Source: the human T2T-CHM13v2.0 reference genome, Homo sapiens
Direction: 5' to 3' (one strand)
Length of the DNA stretch: 64,000 nt
NCBI RefSeq assembly: GCF_009914755.1
Contig: NC_060930.1
Shown here: positions 14,473 to 28,700 of the stretch, piece after piece
Numbering within the stretch: position 1 is the stretch's first letter
Layout: every line of letters starts with the position of its first letter
Position numbers and translations under genes: made by a program
The notes under the pieces: model-generated
The model's input: only the letters and a program-made list of their open reading frames with translations
Database searches by the model: none
What the model was told of the DNA's origin: nothing

Positions 14473-16413
14473 CTATGAGAAAAAAACAAAACCCAGGCAA
14501 ACAAATATGCTTCCTGGTGGTAGTTTCTGTCTTTTCTTAAGAATATGTTATAAAAGAACAGGAAACCTGGCAGTTGCTAGAAAAGCAGACAAACCTAACT
14601 CCATTGTCCCCTAAGTCTGAAGGACATAATCTTCTGTTTTAAGTTTTAGGGGTCACTTAATACCAGATGGTTAAGTAACTTGGTCATGCTACTACCAACA
14701 ACCTATCCGCTTCATGCTCTGCCATTGAGCCTATATCTCCCACTGGCTGTCAACTGCCTTCATACAGTAATACTGGAAGCAACTGAAGGTTTATTCGCTT
14801 GGGGATGAATTCTATACTTAGTTATCAAGTATTCTAGAGTGACTTGTGGTCGGGGGAAGGGTTAAGAATCTCTCTAGGAGTGGAGTCACAGTGGAGCCCT
14901 GGTTAGAAGATAGCTTCAGTATTCTTTATTGTAAATAGGTCATTTGAATTTTTAATGCCATGCAATTCAAGGATCGCCACATAATTTGTATTTCTCTTAA
15001 ACTTAATGCAGTGAAACTTTCCTTGTGTAATAGATGCTTTTGTAATGCAATCTTGGAAATAGTTTTCAAAGTTCATAAGGGTTGCAAAAGTTCTACTTGA
15101 TCTGCTCACATATACAATTGTTCCTTTCCCTGCTCCTCTTTCTACTGCTATTTATATCAGCTGTCCTCCAGGAGATCAGTTTTCTTCTCAGCATCTGATA
15201 TAAATAACCACAGTTCTCTAAGCATGGTCTGTTCAAAATTTCCAGGTAGTTCATGGACTGATATCTGGTTAACTGTTTTCATGATGTGGCAGTGACATGC
15301 ATTTGTTACTAATATCTATTAATACTCTTTATATAAAATGCAATAACGGTTGCACCTGACCTCAATGATATATTTATTAAAAACCCTGCTATTTTTAATG
15401 GACAGGTAAGATGAGTTTGGATACTGCAGGGTCGTTCAGAAACAAGCAGCAGTGATATTCCTTTAGGCCATGCCCTTGAGTTGAAATTTTCCCTGAGAGT
15501 CAACTCCAAATGCAGAAATGAACATAATGTACCCAATAGAATGCAGCTGTCTGATTTGCCCCAAGCCTATTCAATATCTTTCAGACTGAAGGAGTGTGGG
15601 CTTCCGCTTATTTTCATGTTCCTTATACTGTAACTAAAAGAAACCGGAAATATTCTTGCTTCTTTGAAAATATTACAGATAATAAAAACTGGAATACAAA
15701 ACTCTCTTTTTAGGGGTGAATATTGTTTTTAGTTTAAAATTGTCCATGTGAAAGGCTAGTCAGTCTAGCTTCTGCAAAAAATTCTTCAAAAACCTTTGAT
15801 CATTTTAACCATTTTAGGTGTATTTTGAGCTAAAATGCACTCTTGACTTCAGGTAATGTAGCAGCAGCCATTAAATACTTAGAAGATTTAAAGGTCAAAC
15901 TATGGAACAGAAGTAGAAGTTTTAACTATATAAATAACAGCATTAATAAATAGGCTTTAGTTTTTCTTCACTGGTGCTGAATCAAAATATTATTAAATAT
16001 AATTAATGAAATATTTTATAATATACATTATGTATTTTAAATATTTTTCATTTTAGTCATCAAAACAATTTAATGATTTTAATAGAATTTTAATAGATTT
16101 AAGCTAACATTACCAAGCAACTTCGTAATTTAAATTTCAAAATGAATTTGTAGTAAACACAAACCCATTTTATTTTTATTTTATATTATACAATATAATG
16201 GATGACAACAGAATGTAATGACAATTTTTCAAATCCAATTTATTAATGTCCCTAGTAGTGACCATACCAAGATTATGCTGCAGTAAACCCTTTTAAAATC
16301 TAAATCCTCTCCTTACTATTAGGTCCATGCTTATATTCACTTTGTATCTATTACAAACAACTTATAAGGAAAGAATGCTGGAACTGGATTCAACCTCTGG
16401 TTTGTATTCTTAC

Positions 16414-16501
16414 CAGGTCTGCTGACACTGAGTCTCAGCTTTCTCTTTGACGAACTGCGGACTCTAATCTGTACCTTGCCTGTTTTTTGGAGTAGTATTA
16501 A
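16414..16501 (-). other. Candidate 88-nt exon
   Basis: Minus strand: branch-like ctaat, ctttattttcacctcag| acceptor, CTG|gtaaga donor; lies outside recognised repeats. Confidence 0.3.
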
Positions 16502-16554
16502 CTGAGGTGAAAATAAAGTATTAGATGTGACATGAATTTTTTTATTGTATCTTT

Positions 16555-16955
16555 CATGGTAGACTGAGTAGGTTTTGCTGCAGTAACATAAGAAAAACAA
16601 AGCCCCAACTCTCAGTGAATATAATCTTAGCCCATAGGCAGAAGTTCATTTCTCCCTCATGCTTCATGTCTACAGGAGCTCAGCTTATGATCCCTTTGAG
16701 ACCCAGCCTAACGGAAACCCCATGTTAGCATGTGTTTTCATAATCACCAGGTCAGGGAAAAGATACTGGTAAATCATGCACTGGCACTTAAAACATTCTT
16801 CCAGAAATGATACCTCTGCTCACACTCTGTTGGCCAAAGTAAGTCACATGGCCACACAGGTAAGCTCAGAGTAGGTGGGGAAGTGCATTTCTATCGTGAG
16901 CCTAGAGGGAGAGGGGAACAGGCATATCTACGATGAGATCTAATGACTATCACAG
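16555..16955 (-). mobile_element. MLT1 (J/K/L-like) LTR
   Basis: gctgcagtaaca..ctcagtg, ttggccaaagtaagtcacatggccac, gggaagtgca. Confidence 0.7.
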
Positions 16956-17130
16956 GTATTTAAATTTAAAACTGCAATCTATTTATCCTGTGGTGAATTT
17001 AGTGGAGAAATTATTTTTGCCTTGCAATGGTAAGGAGGACTGTTATGTAACTTTCTACTATGAATTATAGATGTGTACTGCCATCTACTTCTCATCTATT
17101 GAGAAGGGGAGATGTTCTGATCTGAAATAA

Positions 17131-17540
<410 letters not shown>

Positions 17541-18377
17541 TGGTAAGAAAGGCAACAGAGGTACAACAGATTTGCTGAGAAATCCTATAGTTAGAATGGG
17601 GAAGGTTTTTTGGGAAACATGAGTTAAGGACTGGATATTGAAGCCTGGAATGGATATGGATTTATGGACAGGGAAGGATGATCTATAATACAGAGAAGTA
17701 TAATTCAACACAGAAATTCTGATTTCTAGGCTATTACTGGAATACACTATTTCAAGGCTATTAATGACTACATTTATGTTATTTTTCCTAAAATATCAGG
17801 ACCTTTTAATCTAATGACTCAGCTCTTCTGTGTCTCTGTTTTTCTTGCACTTTGTCTTATTGCTTTGCCATTTAAAAATCCAGCCATGAAAGGAATTTTG
17901 GAAATTGTGTTCTTTTCCATGTATGTAATTGCTCCTTAAAACTGAAAAGATCAATTAGGAAATTATTGGCTCCTTCGTACTTCTTTTACCACCTCTATTT
18001 ATTAATTGATTGAATTGGGTTCGCCAGGTTTAGCTCTTTAATATCAGATCAATAAAAGATTAAATGTTTAAATTAAGTGAGCACACATGTAACTTTCACA
18101 CTCCTTGCAATTTCTAGGAGCCACATCCAATCATTCAGGATTGTCAGTAACGGCAGCAATCAAGGCTAGAATCAGAGTACTTGCAACTTTTCATTCTTTT
18201 TCCTAAACTTCAGCCTACATTTATGGGAATAATAATGCAGCCATACTTTCCTCAAACTCAGTTTATATTTTTGTTTGAAATTAAAGCAGCTTTTTGAGAC
18301 AAGAATTAAGATTGTTGCCCTGATGCTAGTCATAGTGAATTTCTAACCCTTCTAACCCTTCTTAAAAGGAGATGGTC

Positions 18378-18764
18378 GTATTTGTTTCCTTTGGATGCCG
18401 TATCAAATTACCACAAGCTGAGTGGTTCAAAAGAACAGAAATGTATTCTCTCACAGTACTTGATGCCAGAAGTTTGAAGTCAAGGTGTGTCTGAAGGTCA
18501 TATTCTTTCTGAAGGCTCCAGGGAAGAAGCCTTCCTTGCCTCTTCCTAACATCTAGTGGTCCCTAGCAATCCTTGACCTGTGTTGGCGTGTAGCCGCCTC
18601 ACTCCGGTCTCTGCCTCTGTCATCACATGGCTTTTTGCCCTCTGTCTCCCCTGTATCTCTAACTCCAAATTTCTCTCTCCTTATAAGGACATCAGTGGTT
18701 GAAATTAGGGTCCACTGTAATCCAGTGTGATCACATCTTAATTATATCCGCAAAGACTCTATTT

Positions 18765-18806
<42 letters not shown>

Positions 18807-18876
18807 TCACATTCACAAATACCAGAGTTTAGGACTTCAACATTTCTTTATAGGAGACACAAATCAACTCACAACA
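18378..18876 (-). mobile_element. MLT1C-like LTR with an embedded A37 tract
   Basis: aaattaccacaagctgagtgg, ttccttgcctcttcct, ttataaggaca, ggtcacattcaca..ggacttcaacat. Confidence 0.85.
18767..18803 (+). repeat. Pure (A)37 homopolymer
   Basis: Direct count. Confidence 0.95.
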
Positions 18877-19754
18877 ATGGCATTATTGAAACTTTTTTGT
18901 AATTTTTTAGCATTCTATTTGCAGGATTCTGTGGGATACTTCCCCTCCCAGCCCAGAAATTTATGCCAGTTACTAATTTCATCAAGATTATTCCCCTTGC
19001 TACCGATTGCCACCTTATTTAAAAGTCTGCATTATTGTTGACCTGCCCCAAGACCTGGTTTCTTGATACCCAGTCTTCTCTTTCTCATGATTTTCTCCGT
19101 GCAACTTGTTAAACTTTTACTTTCTTTCAGAAAGCACTGGGAGGCAGTTCAGATGTACCAGGGTAGACAGGCTAGTGATCAAGGGTGAGTCAGGGATTTG
19201 CTGACAGGTACTAATGGGAGTAGTCATTGAACTAAACCTGAAGCAACAGTGAAACAAAACAAGGTTTGCATCACTTCTAAAGAAGATACTTAGAATTGTT
19301 TTCTTCCTCTTGCTTCAACAACTACATTGGATATATTTAGCTGAATGCTTTATTTTGACTCTAAGCAAAATCTCATAGCAACATCTTTTCTTTCAAAGTA
19401 CCATTAATGTAATTTTGAGTACAGGAATAAGGAAAAAAGTTAGAAAATTTCATTGAGGATAATAAATTGAGACCAAACACTACCAGATAATACATCAAGA
19501 ACATTAACATTAACAACATCCTTTTATGTTATGCTACATTCTTGTGTTAAACTAATGTATACCATACATTATAGATACTAATGTAGTAGTTGCGGAAAAT
19601 AATGACGCTCTTTGATTCTATCTAGCAGAACTGCAAACTCTTAATTATAATAACAAAAGATTATGTGTTACACTCTAAGTCTTGCCTAGAATGATACAAG
19701 ATATGGATTTTGAGTTATTTTAAGGATTATAATCCTTATATTTATGTTCTAGTT

Positions 19755-20185
19755 CAGGGGTTGATGATAACCTAAGGTCCAGAATTTGGATAGGAAAAAA
19801 AATGTATTTGTTTTTCCTAACTCTAACTGATATTTGATATCTCCTTCAATTATTAATGTAAGCCACAAACCTCAGGGGTTATGGCATCAATAGAAATCCT
19901 AGATTAATTTTAAATTACATCACAGGTATTGAATATATCTCAAATATAATTTATACTTAGCACTTCTTCAGAATTATGTTAGCTACTTAGACCTGCTGTG
20001 ATACCTTATTTAATGCATTAATAAAGAATTCTTTTAATATTTTGATAACTATTTCTATATACTCATTTTTCCTTGGAATATTTTTATTTTATGCATTTTA
20101 AAACAATTCTGTTGAAAATAGTTCCTCGGGCTTCATGGGACTGCCAAAGTGGCCCATGACACAAAATCGGATAAAAATTTCTCTG
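19755..20185. mobile_element. hAT-Charlie non-autonomous element (Charlie4a/MER113-like)
   Basis: Begins cagggg; ccttcaattattaatgta..caaacc, ttatttaatgcattaataaagaa, gactgccaaagtggcccatgacacaaaa match the recalled consensus. Confidence 0.65.
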
Positions 20186-21109
20186 CTAGTTTTAGTACCT
20201 TCTGTTTCATGATGGCAAATTAAAAGGCAGGTTCAAATGTCAGCATTATATACTACAATTTTCTTTCTTTCTCAGTCAGACAATTCATTAATCATCTGAT
20301 ATTTTTTATAATACTATACCTAACATGGGGATAAATGACTGAAAAAACAGGGTTGTAAAAATAGAAGCATAGCATACATTCCTGTCCTCAATGATATTCA
20401 GTCTAGTTAGTTACATAGCATATGAATTGCCATTGTCCATATCATATCTTAAAATAATTCTTATACTGTATTTTTATAATGCTTAAAAAATGTACTCAAA
20501 ATGCTGTCCTCTGTAAGAACTCATTGAACACCTTCAACAGGGTTGTTAAATTGGTAAAGCAAGATCCTACTAGGTTTATAAATAAAGAAAAGGCTTTCCC
20601 TTAAGTAGTGAGAGATGAAGCAAGAAAACACTCAGCTCTCCCAAACTGTAGTTCAGTGGGACTTTCATTTCACATCATTTCCTTAGAAAAATCCTACGTC
20701 AGAAAATCTTCAGTCTTTTTCGTTGTATAATCTATACATCTCCGAAAAGTGTAAGATGGCTTGTTAAGAATAAAGTGTGGTTTGGTTGTGTAAGACCAAC
20801 CAGAAAGGGGAAAGGGAAGAGGAATGATGTTGAGATTGGGAGAGTAGTTGCTGTCTGTGATCTTTTATACAGTTGATGTGTGATAGTTGTTTGTTTGTTT
20901 GTTTGTTTTTTTAATTCCAACCTGTTCTTAAATGCAAATACAAAAACTAGAGAAAGAGATGGAATCAAGCTAAGGTTAAACTCAAAAGTGACTTCAGTAT
21001 CAACTTGTTGGTTGTATGTAGCCTTTCTGTCACAGAACTGTGCCCTGGGTTCTTTTTACTCAAAAAGTATTCCATAAAACAACCGCCTATTGGTGCATTA
21101 CTTCACAGC

Positions 21110-21218
21110 CTGTTATGAATGAGAATCTTGAGTCCCACCCCAGACTTAATGAATCAGAATCTGCATGTTAACAAAATTCTCAAGTGATTTGAATATACAG
21201 CAAAGTTTGAGAACCACA
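21110..21218. mobile_element. MER5 fragment
   Basis: cccaccccagacttaatgaatcagaatctgcat..aaagtttgagaaccac. Confidence 0.7.
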
Positions 21219-23679
21219 GATGACTTTCAATTCACCCATAATAACTGAGAAAAGACTGTAAATTCCTACACCTTGTTCTTCCATAATTTAAGGAGTTTCT
21301 TGCTTTGTTTCTACCTTCATTAAGGGATATGAGGCCCATGCTAAGAAAAATGCGTTTAATAACTACTTTGAGTGAAAAATCTCACTAAATCAGGCAGTTG
21401 TTCCTAAAGAGAATTTAAACAGATTTTCATCATAGACAGCATGGTATCTGAGACAAACCTGCCCCTGTTGGTGCTGTACCAGGCAAACTCAGTGAATGTA
21501 AGTGGGAAATGTTTTGGGAGAACAAGAAAGCCCAAGTATTGCATTTAGGCAAATCATAAGTGCATAGTGTGCCAGAGAAAACAAATGTTTTTCCTGCACT
21601 GGCTCTGACACGTTCACACATGAATGTGTTTCATTCAGAAAAAGTAAAGGCTCTAGAATGGCACAGTCTGGTTTTATGAGAAACAGATGTGCCATGGTTC
21701 ACCCACTCCCTGACCACCTGTGGTTTGCCCATGACTCAACTTTCTTGAATGAGGGGAGTTAACTCTTGGATTCTGAACAAACTCTAAATTACATATTTAT
21801 TTTCTTCCTCCTCATACTTCTTTTCACCACTCATTGCCATGATAGAACCTTACAATTCTGAGAAGTTTGAATTCTCAACACCCCAAAACATTTTCATTTA
21901 AAGTTGAATCCTTGCTAAAGGTGAATCCTTGCTCTGATATTTAGATTGAGATTCTGTTAAAAGTTCAAATAGAATACCAATTTATCCAGCTAGTTAGAGT
22001 GATTTTTGGTTTATATTTTAAAGCCACCTGGTTATGAGGTATCTTTACTTACTGCCTATTTTGTTGGTTGAGGATAGGAATTATTACCAGTCAGAAATAT
22101 GCTTTTGATGTCATTGGTTAGTCACTTAATTTTCAGCTACCTCTGTTTATTGGAATAATGTGGAAAAATTAAAAAAAAAATTTCTCAGACTTTAATTCAG
22201 GTAATACCTGCTGTTAAATGTTACTGTGAACTACTTCCTCCAACTGCTCACAAGTAGCCAAAGGGAAGGATTTGAACTTCATTACATTTTATCTCTCCTG
22301 CCATGCTCTGCCTTCCACTCTACAGAAAAGGGACAGGGAAATAGTCCAATCATAGGTAGGTGGATGGAAAAATACAAGGCACAAATAGCCCACATAGGGA
22401 ATAATCATACCTTAAATAGTCACTGACAACATTTAAAAAAATATATTTTTATTTCCATTTATGTAATCAACTTAGAGTTGTTATTGACCTGCCACTGAGG
22501 CATTTGGTTTTTCTTTTCACAGGACCTTTTTCATTTATTTCTTCAGAAGCATTATCTAATTAAAAACAAACATTTAAATTAACATGGCCTGTCAAGGAAG
22601 TACAAACCAGTCATGAGTTAAGCTATAATTACAATGACAACAATGTCAAAAAGAAAAAGCAAAAACCTTTTTTAAAACCTGTAATTACTTCATTGTTTAT
22701 AATTTTTAATTGGAATGCAAGTAACAGGGAATTCAAATTTCATAAAATCGTGGTCTGTATATCTTGTTATCAAAATGCTATCCAAATAACACATGGCAAA
22801 ATGTAATTTTTTTATGTAAATGGGGAGACTTATGAGACAAAGAAGCAAATAATCTGGCCACAATGTGAGTCTTTGGCAAACCTTGGAAAGGAACTCCCAA
22901 GTGCATTTCCTAAAAGAGTACTTTGTGTGTTCAAATGTACTAACTCTATCCAGAGTGAAAGAATGCCTAGGAATGAATAATCTGCACAATCTGATAGAAT
23001 TAAGTGTTAATTATTTAGAAGTAAAATTTACTAGAAATCAATTTCAGTATCATTTTCAGATTTGGTTTTCAGAAAAGGAAATACCCTGTTTTAATAGGTT
23101 TGGAAATGCAGGACTACTTAAAGTTTACTTGGGTAAGATAACCCTTAATAAATTATCAAGGTACTTTTGGATTTATTAATTTTATAAACAATAAAACTAG
23201 ATGTTGCTAGATGTCGGTTATAGACTGAGCTGTAGAAAATTAATGATCTTTTAAAAAGACAGTTGATTTTTCACATGGCCACTGTATGATGCTTTTTAAG
23301 TTCACTTGATTAAAAAGGTGACAATACTAACATTTCAAAATTTAAGTCATTCTATATGATCAAATATGGTTCTATTTGATACATTAAAATATCTTAATTT
23401 GAAGTTAAAAATGCTTTGAATAATTAAATAGATATATAATAAAAATGTTGAATTCATGTGTCATGCATACTGATTTTGTACCTCATAAGCAAAGCTACAA
23501 TGGTACTAACAGGGTGTAATTTGTTCAAAATAAATTTTTATACCAGATGATAGTGACCTTAAAAAGGATTTTTATTGCTCAAGCCTTCCACTTCCATTCC
23601 TTTGACATACTTAATGAGTTTCATCAATTTATGTCATTAAAAAAGATACATCTTCTGAATATGCCAGTTGACCAAATCT

Positions 23680-24130
23680 ATTATTTTGGATGTTTGCTCA
23701 GATAGAGCTGGTACTGGGATGAAAAAAAAATGGCTAAGATATGGTTCCTACCATTAAGAAGCCTATGATTTGGCTAAAGAGAAAAATCTATCCAAAACTA
23801 GGTTTAATACAAGAAGGGTTATCCAGAGTGCTGGTAGGGAGGGAGACACATAGGAGAGTAAGAAGTAGCATTTGAATTGGATTTTAGGGGATAGGCAATT
23901 TTTTTATTGAAATACTGAAAGGCAATTTCAGGAAAAGGGTACAGTGTGAGCCAAGGCATGGACTCAAGAAAGTACAGGATGAATTTAGGTAATGAATCAT
24001 CTGTGTGATTTGGACTCAAAATGAAAAAAAAAATATAAGAAAATAAGAGATGAAAACATAAGTCGAAGCCAGATTTGAGAAAGCTTAAATGATGTACTAC
24101 AGCACTGAGATGAGTCTTTAGATCACGAGG
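23680..24130 (-). mobile_element. L2 fragment
   Basis: aagatatggttcctaccattaagaagcctatgatt and gagccaaggcatggac, antisense L2-like. Confidence 0.5.
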
Positions 24131-24459
24131 GACCAAGAAAAAAACATAATTTTTTGTCATTAGGTAAAACTCATGTTCATTATTAAAAAGGAGAAATGTA
24201 AAGTAAATATACACATTTACAATACAAAAATCATCAAATACTTTGAACCACTTGAAACTGCCATTTTCAAAAGTCAACAGCAGTCAAATATCATCACTTT
24301 AATATAGCTCATCTTAATAATTGATTCTGGAATCAGAAATGTGCATTTTACCATTGACTTTTTTTATGAAAATAAATTATTAAAAAGCAGCATAATTAGG
24401 ATTAATATAGGCATCACTCTTATTTAGTACAAAAAGCAATGTATCAATTCTATAATTTT

Positions 24460-24700
24460 GACCACCTACTGTGTTCTGAGCATACTGTAAGGCGCATTAC
24501 CTACCTTTATTCATTCATTATTACTCGAATCACTTTAATGATAAATGATGGTCAGAAAATATTTATATAGATTTTCCCAAATCATCTGTAAGTAAGTGAT
24601 TTTTAAAGATAGGAAAGTGATGCTCAAGATATTTATATAAATTTCACCAAGTAGTTAGCAAGTAAATGGTGGTGATAGGATTCAAATGTACATCTTTTGC
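24460..24700 (-). mobile_element. MIR remnant
   Basis: cacctactgtgttctgagcatactgtaaggcgc and agcaagtaaatggtggtgataggattcaaa. Confidence 0.5.
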
Positions 24701-24809
24701 CTTTTGTTTGTTTGGGGTTTGGATTTGGTTTTTGCTATACTACCATACATTGCTTCACGTTGGGGGTAAGCTATCTCCATAGCATGACCCAGCAATCCCC
24801 CAGTGAAAA

Positions 24810-25140
24810 GTCAAACATTTGTTGAGCATCTGTCTTGAAGGAGACCCCAAATCAGGTGCTGGGTGTAAGGGCGGACAGCATGAAAGACGTTGTCCTTTTT
24901 CATATGGAGCTTATATTTGAGTTGGGAGACAGGTGCAAAACGTTAGTTACAAACTAATTTCTTCACTAAAGTCATGCTATGTGCAAGGAGATAAAGTACA
25001 GATGAGTTGATGTTGTATAAGAGGAGGAAGTTAATCTCCAAAGCAGGAAAAACAACCTCAGACATTTAAGCTAATACCTGAAGGTAAGTAGAAATTAATG
25101 AGTTAATGGAAATGAGAGAAGTTTAGGCAAAGAAAACAGC
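24810..25140 (-). mobile_element. L2 fragment
   Basis: caaacatttgttgagcatct..ggtgctggg..atggagcttatatt. Confidence 0.55.
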
Positions 25141-25779
25141 CTAGGTACAGATTTCTGCTTTCTTTAGGTAACAACTATATCTCAAGGTAAACAAGCTTGG
25201 AATGAAAAGCAGGGTCCTAAAGAACATAGTTTCACTCTGGCTCTGCCCCACCCATTGATATGAGCAATCAATCATCTTCAATTATTTCTGTGAGTCTCCA
25301 AGTTGTATTCATACATGTTCACAACCACAGTCCATTAAACAATTTGGATCTTCACAGTCTCCTGAATTGCCTAAATTCCAAAGTGTGTACAGTTTAGGCT
25401 AACAAACGAGAACAGCCAATCCATGTAAAATAGGGGACTAGACTAAGTTATTTTGAAGCTGTATTTCTGTCCTAATAACCTATCATATTGTGTTTCTGAT
25501 TTTCTACAAGTATTAATACTATAAAATTAAATGTTTGGTTTTATTAGAAACAGGGCATAGTGGATATGTACAGTAACAAAGGACAGGAAGTGAAGAATGA
25601 ATTGATCGAGGTTCTTCTAGATAGACTCTAAAAGAATACTTCCAAGAGACAGGAAATATTGTATACCCATTGTCAATGTTTGAATATTATTAATGAATTA
25701 ATAATTAAAATGTAAGGCAAGTTTTTACTTGCTAAGAAGGCCTGTGCATTCATGTAACAAACACCATGATGAAGCTATA

Positions 25780-28700
25780 GAATGCTTCCATAACCCCCAA
25801 AATTTCTCCATTTCTCTTCCCTTGGTACTAGTTTCTGACAGTCACTGATCTGATTTCTGGCTCTATAGTTTGGCCTTTTCCAGAATGTCACATAACAGGA
25901 ATCATACAGTATGTAGCTTTTTATGATTGGCTTTTTTTCACTTGGCATAATGCTTTTAAGATGAATCCATTTTGTTATGTGTATCATTCCCTTATTTCTT
26001 ATATTTTTGAGTTGGATCCCATTTTACAGGTATACCATAAAAGGATAATTTGTTTATTCTTTCATTAATTGTTGGATATTTGGTTTGGTGATTATGAATG
26101 AAATTTCTATAAACAGTCTCAGATAGGTCTTTGTGTAGGGACTTTACTTGGATAAATATATAGGAGAAGGAGTCCTTGATTGTATAGTAAGTGTATATTC
26201 AACTTTATAAGAAAATGCCAAATGTTTTCCAAAGTTGCTGTACCATTTTACATTCTCTTCAGTAATGCGTGAGTTTCAGTTCAACATCTAAACCAACACT
26301 TGCTGGTGATTGTTTATAAATTTTAGCCATTCTACTTGGCATCTAATAGTATCTTATAGTTTTAATCTAATTTGCATTTTTGTAATAATGATGGTGAACA
26401 TCTTTTCACATGATGTTTGCCACTCATAGCTCAAGTGATGCACCTTTTAAAATATTTTGACCAATTCTAAAAGAAAAATGGGTTGTTTGCTTTTCATTAT
26501 TGAATTGCAAGAGCTCTTTATGAATTCAGGATGGAAGTTATATTTAATGAGATGGGTGTTTTACATATATTTTCTCTAAGTCTATGACTTGCCTTTTAAT
26601 TTTGTTAGTATGTAGTACTTTTTAAACTTGTGTAGATTCTTTGAGATTTTCTACATAGACAATCATGTGGTCTCCAAATAAAAGACAGTCTTATTTATTC
26701 CTTTCTAATATGTATAATTTTGATTTCTTTTTTGTACTTTATTACGTTGGTTAGAACCTTCATTATGATGTTAAATAGGAATAATGAGAGCATTCTTGCC
26801 ATATTCCTGGTCTTAGGTAAAAACACTCATTCTTTCACCATTAAGTGTGATGTTACTTATAGGTTAACTTAAGGTGCCTTTTTTCAGGTTGAGGAAGTTC
26901 CTTTCTATTCCAAGTTTGCTGAGGGTTTTTATCATTAATGGATGCTAAATTTTGTCAAATGCTATTTTTATATCTATTGACATGTTGATTTTTATTTGTG
27001 TAATAGTTGTTGTTAATATGCTGAATATTGACCCAAACTTGCATTTCTGGGATAAGCTCACTTGGTCATGATGTATCATCTTTTTTGTGTTTCATTAGAT
27101 TTGATTTACTAAAGTTTTGTTGTGGTTTGAGAGCATATTTTATATCAGCGCTTCTCAACTAGGGACAGTTTTGCTCCCCAAACGACATTGGGAAGTGTCT
27201 GGAGAAATATTTAGTTGCCACATTTGAGGGAAGAGAGAGGATTTTCTACTGGCATCTAGCAGACAGGGACCAAGGATGCTGCCAAATATCCTAAATTGCA
27301 TAGGAAAGCACCACACAACAAAGAATTATCAGGCCCCAATGTTGATAGTGCAAGTTCAAGAAATGTTGCTGTATGGGATCTCAAAAATTTTAAATTTGTT
27401 CAGATTTATTATTTTATGACCCAGAATATGACTATCTCGGTGAATGTTCAATGTACACATGAAAACAATGTTTATCCTTTTAATATAGGGAAGAATGTTG
27501 TATAAATGTCAATTAGGTCAAGTTGGTTGACAGTGTTGTTCAAATTTTGTATATCTTTACTGAATTTTATACCTACTTATTCTATAGATTACTGGAAGAA
27601 AAGTGTTGAAATGTCCAACTATAATTGTGAGTTTGTCACTTTTTTTTTAGTTCTCTCAGTTTTTTACTTTTTATTACATTTTATTTTATTCATGTCTGTT
27701 AGTTTTTTGCTTCTTGTATTATGAAGTTCTGTTGTTAAATATATTCAGGTTTTTACATATTATTAAAGAATTGACCTCTTTATTATTATGTAATGTCTCT
27801 CTATTCCTGGTAATATTTCTTGTTCTGAAGTCTACTTTTTCTGATAGTAATACAGTCACTCCAGCTTTCTTTTGATTAGCATTTGTGTGGTATATTTTTT
27901 CATCCTTTAATTTTTAACCTATGCCTTTATATTTAAAGTGTGTTTATTTATAACACATATAAAGTGCATTTATTTATAGAGTTGGGACTTCCTTTAATTT
28001 AATTTGACAATTTCTGTCTATTGATATTTTAGAGCATTTACATTTAATGTGATTATCAATATGGTAAACTTAAGTTTACCATATTGCTAGTTGTTTACTA
28101 TTGATGTAATATGTTCTTTGTTCCTTTTCCTTCTTTTCCTACCTGTGGATTAACTAAATATTTTTATGATTCCATTTTTATCTACATTACTGATCTATAA
28201 GTTGTTCCTCTTTTCAAATATTTTTAGTAGTTGTGCTGGTATTTACAGTAAATATCTTTAAGCTATCACAGTCTTTCTTCAAGTAATTTATATCATTTCA
28301 CCTGTAGTATCAGGACCTCACAGCACATATTCCATTTACTCCTTTCCATTCTTTGTGTTATTGTCATACATTTTACTTCTACTTATAAGCCTCACAATAC
28401 ATTTTAACTATGCTTGATTTAGACGGTCAATTATCTTTAAAGGTGATTAAAAATAATTTTTAAAAATATCCTTTATATGTACCTTTATTTCTATCATTTT
28501 CAGTGCTATTTATTTCTTTACATAGCCCACAATTTCCATCTGGTACCATATGCATTCTGTCTTAAGGACTTCCTTTAACTTTTCTTATAGCATAGGTCTG
28601 CTGGCTTCATGCCTGTCCTCCAGCAGCAGGCAGTCACCTCCTGCATGCCTCTGCCACAGCAGGGACCTCTCTCTCGTTTCCTGCTCCCAGTCTTTCTCAT

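Noticed and set aside
15398-15412. Strong plus-strand donor CAG|gtaaga
   Set aside because: No convincing acceptor or promoter at a suitable distance; isolated donors are common.
21658-21695. Small imperfect hairpin atggcaca...tgtgccat
   Set aside because: Short bulged stem, within chance expectation for 64 kb.
23819-24277. 152-aa minus-strand ORF
   Set aside because: Overlaps L2-derived and AT-rich sequence; F/L-rich composition; no domain or splice support.
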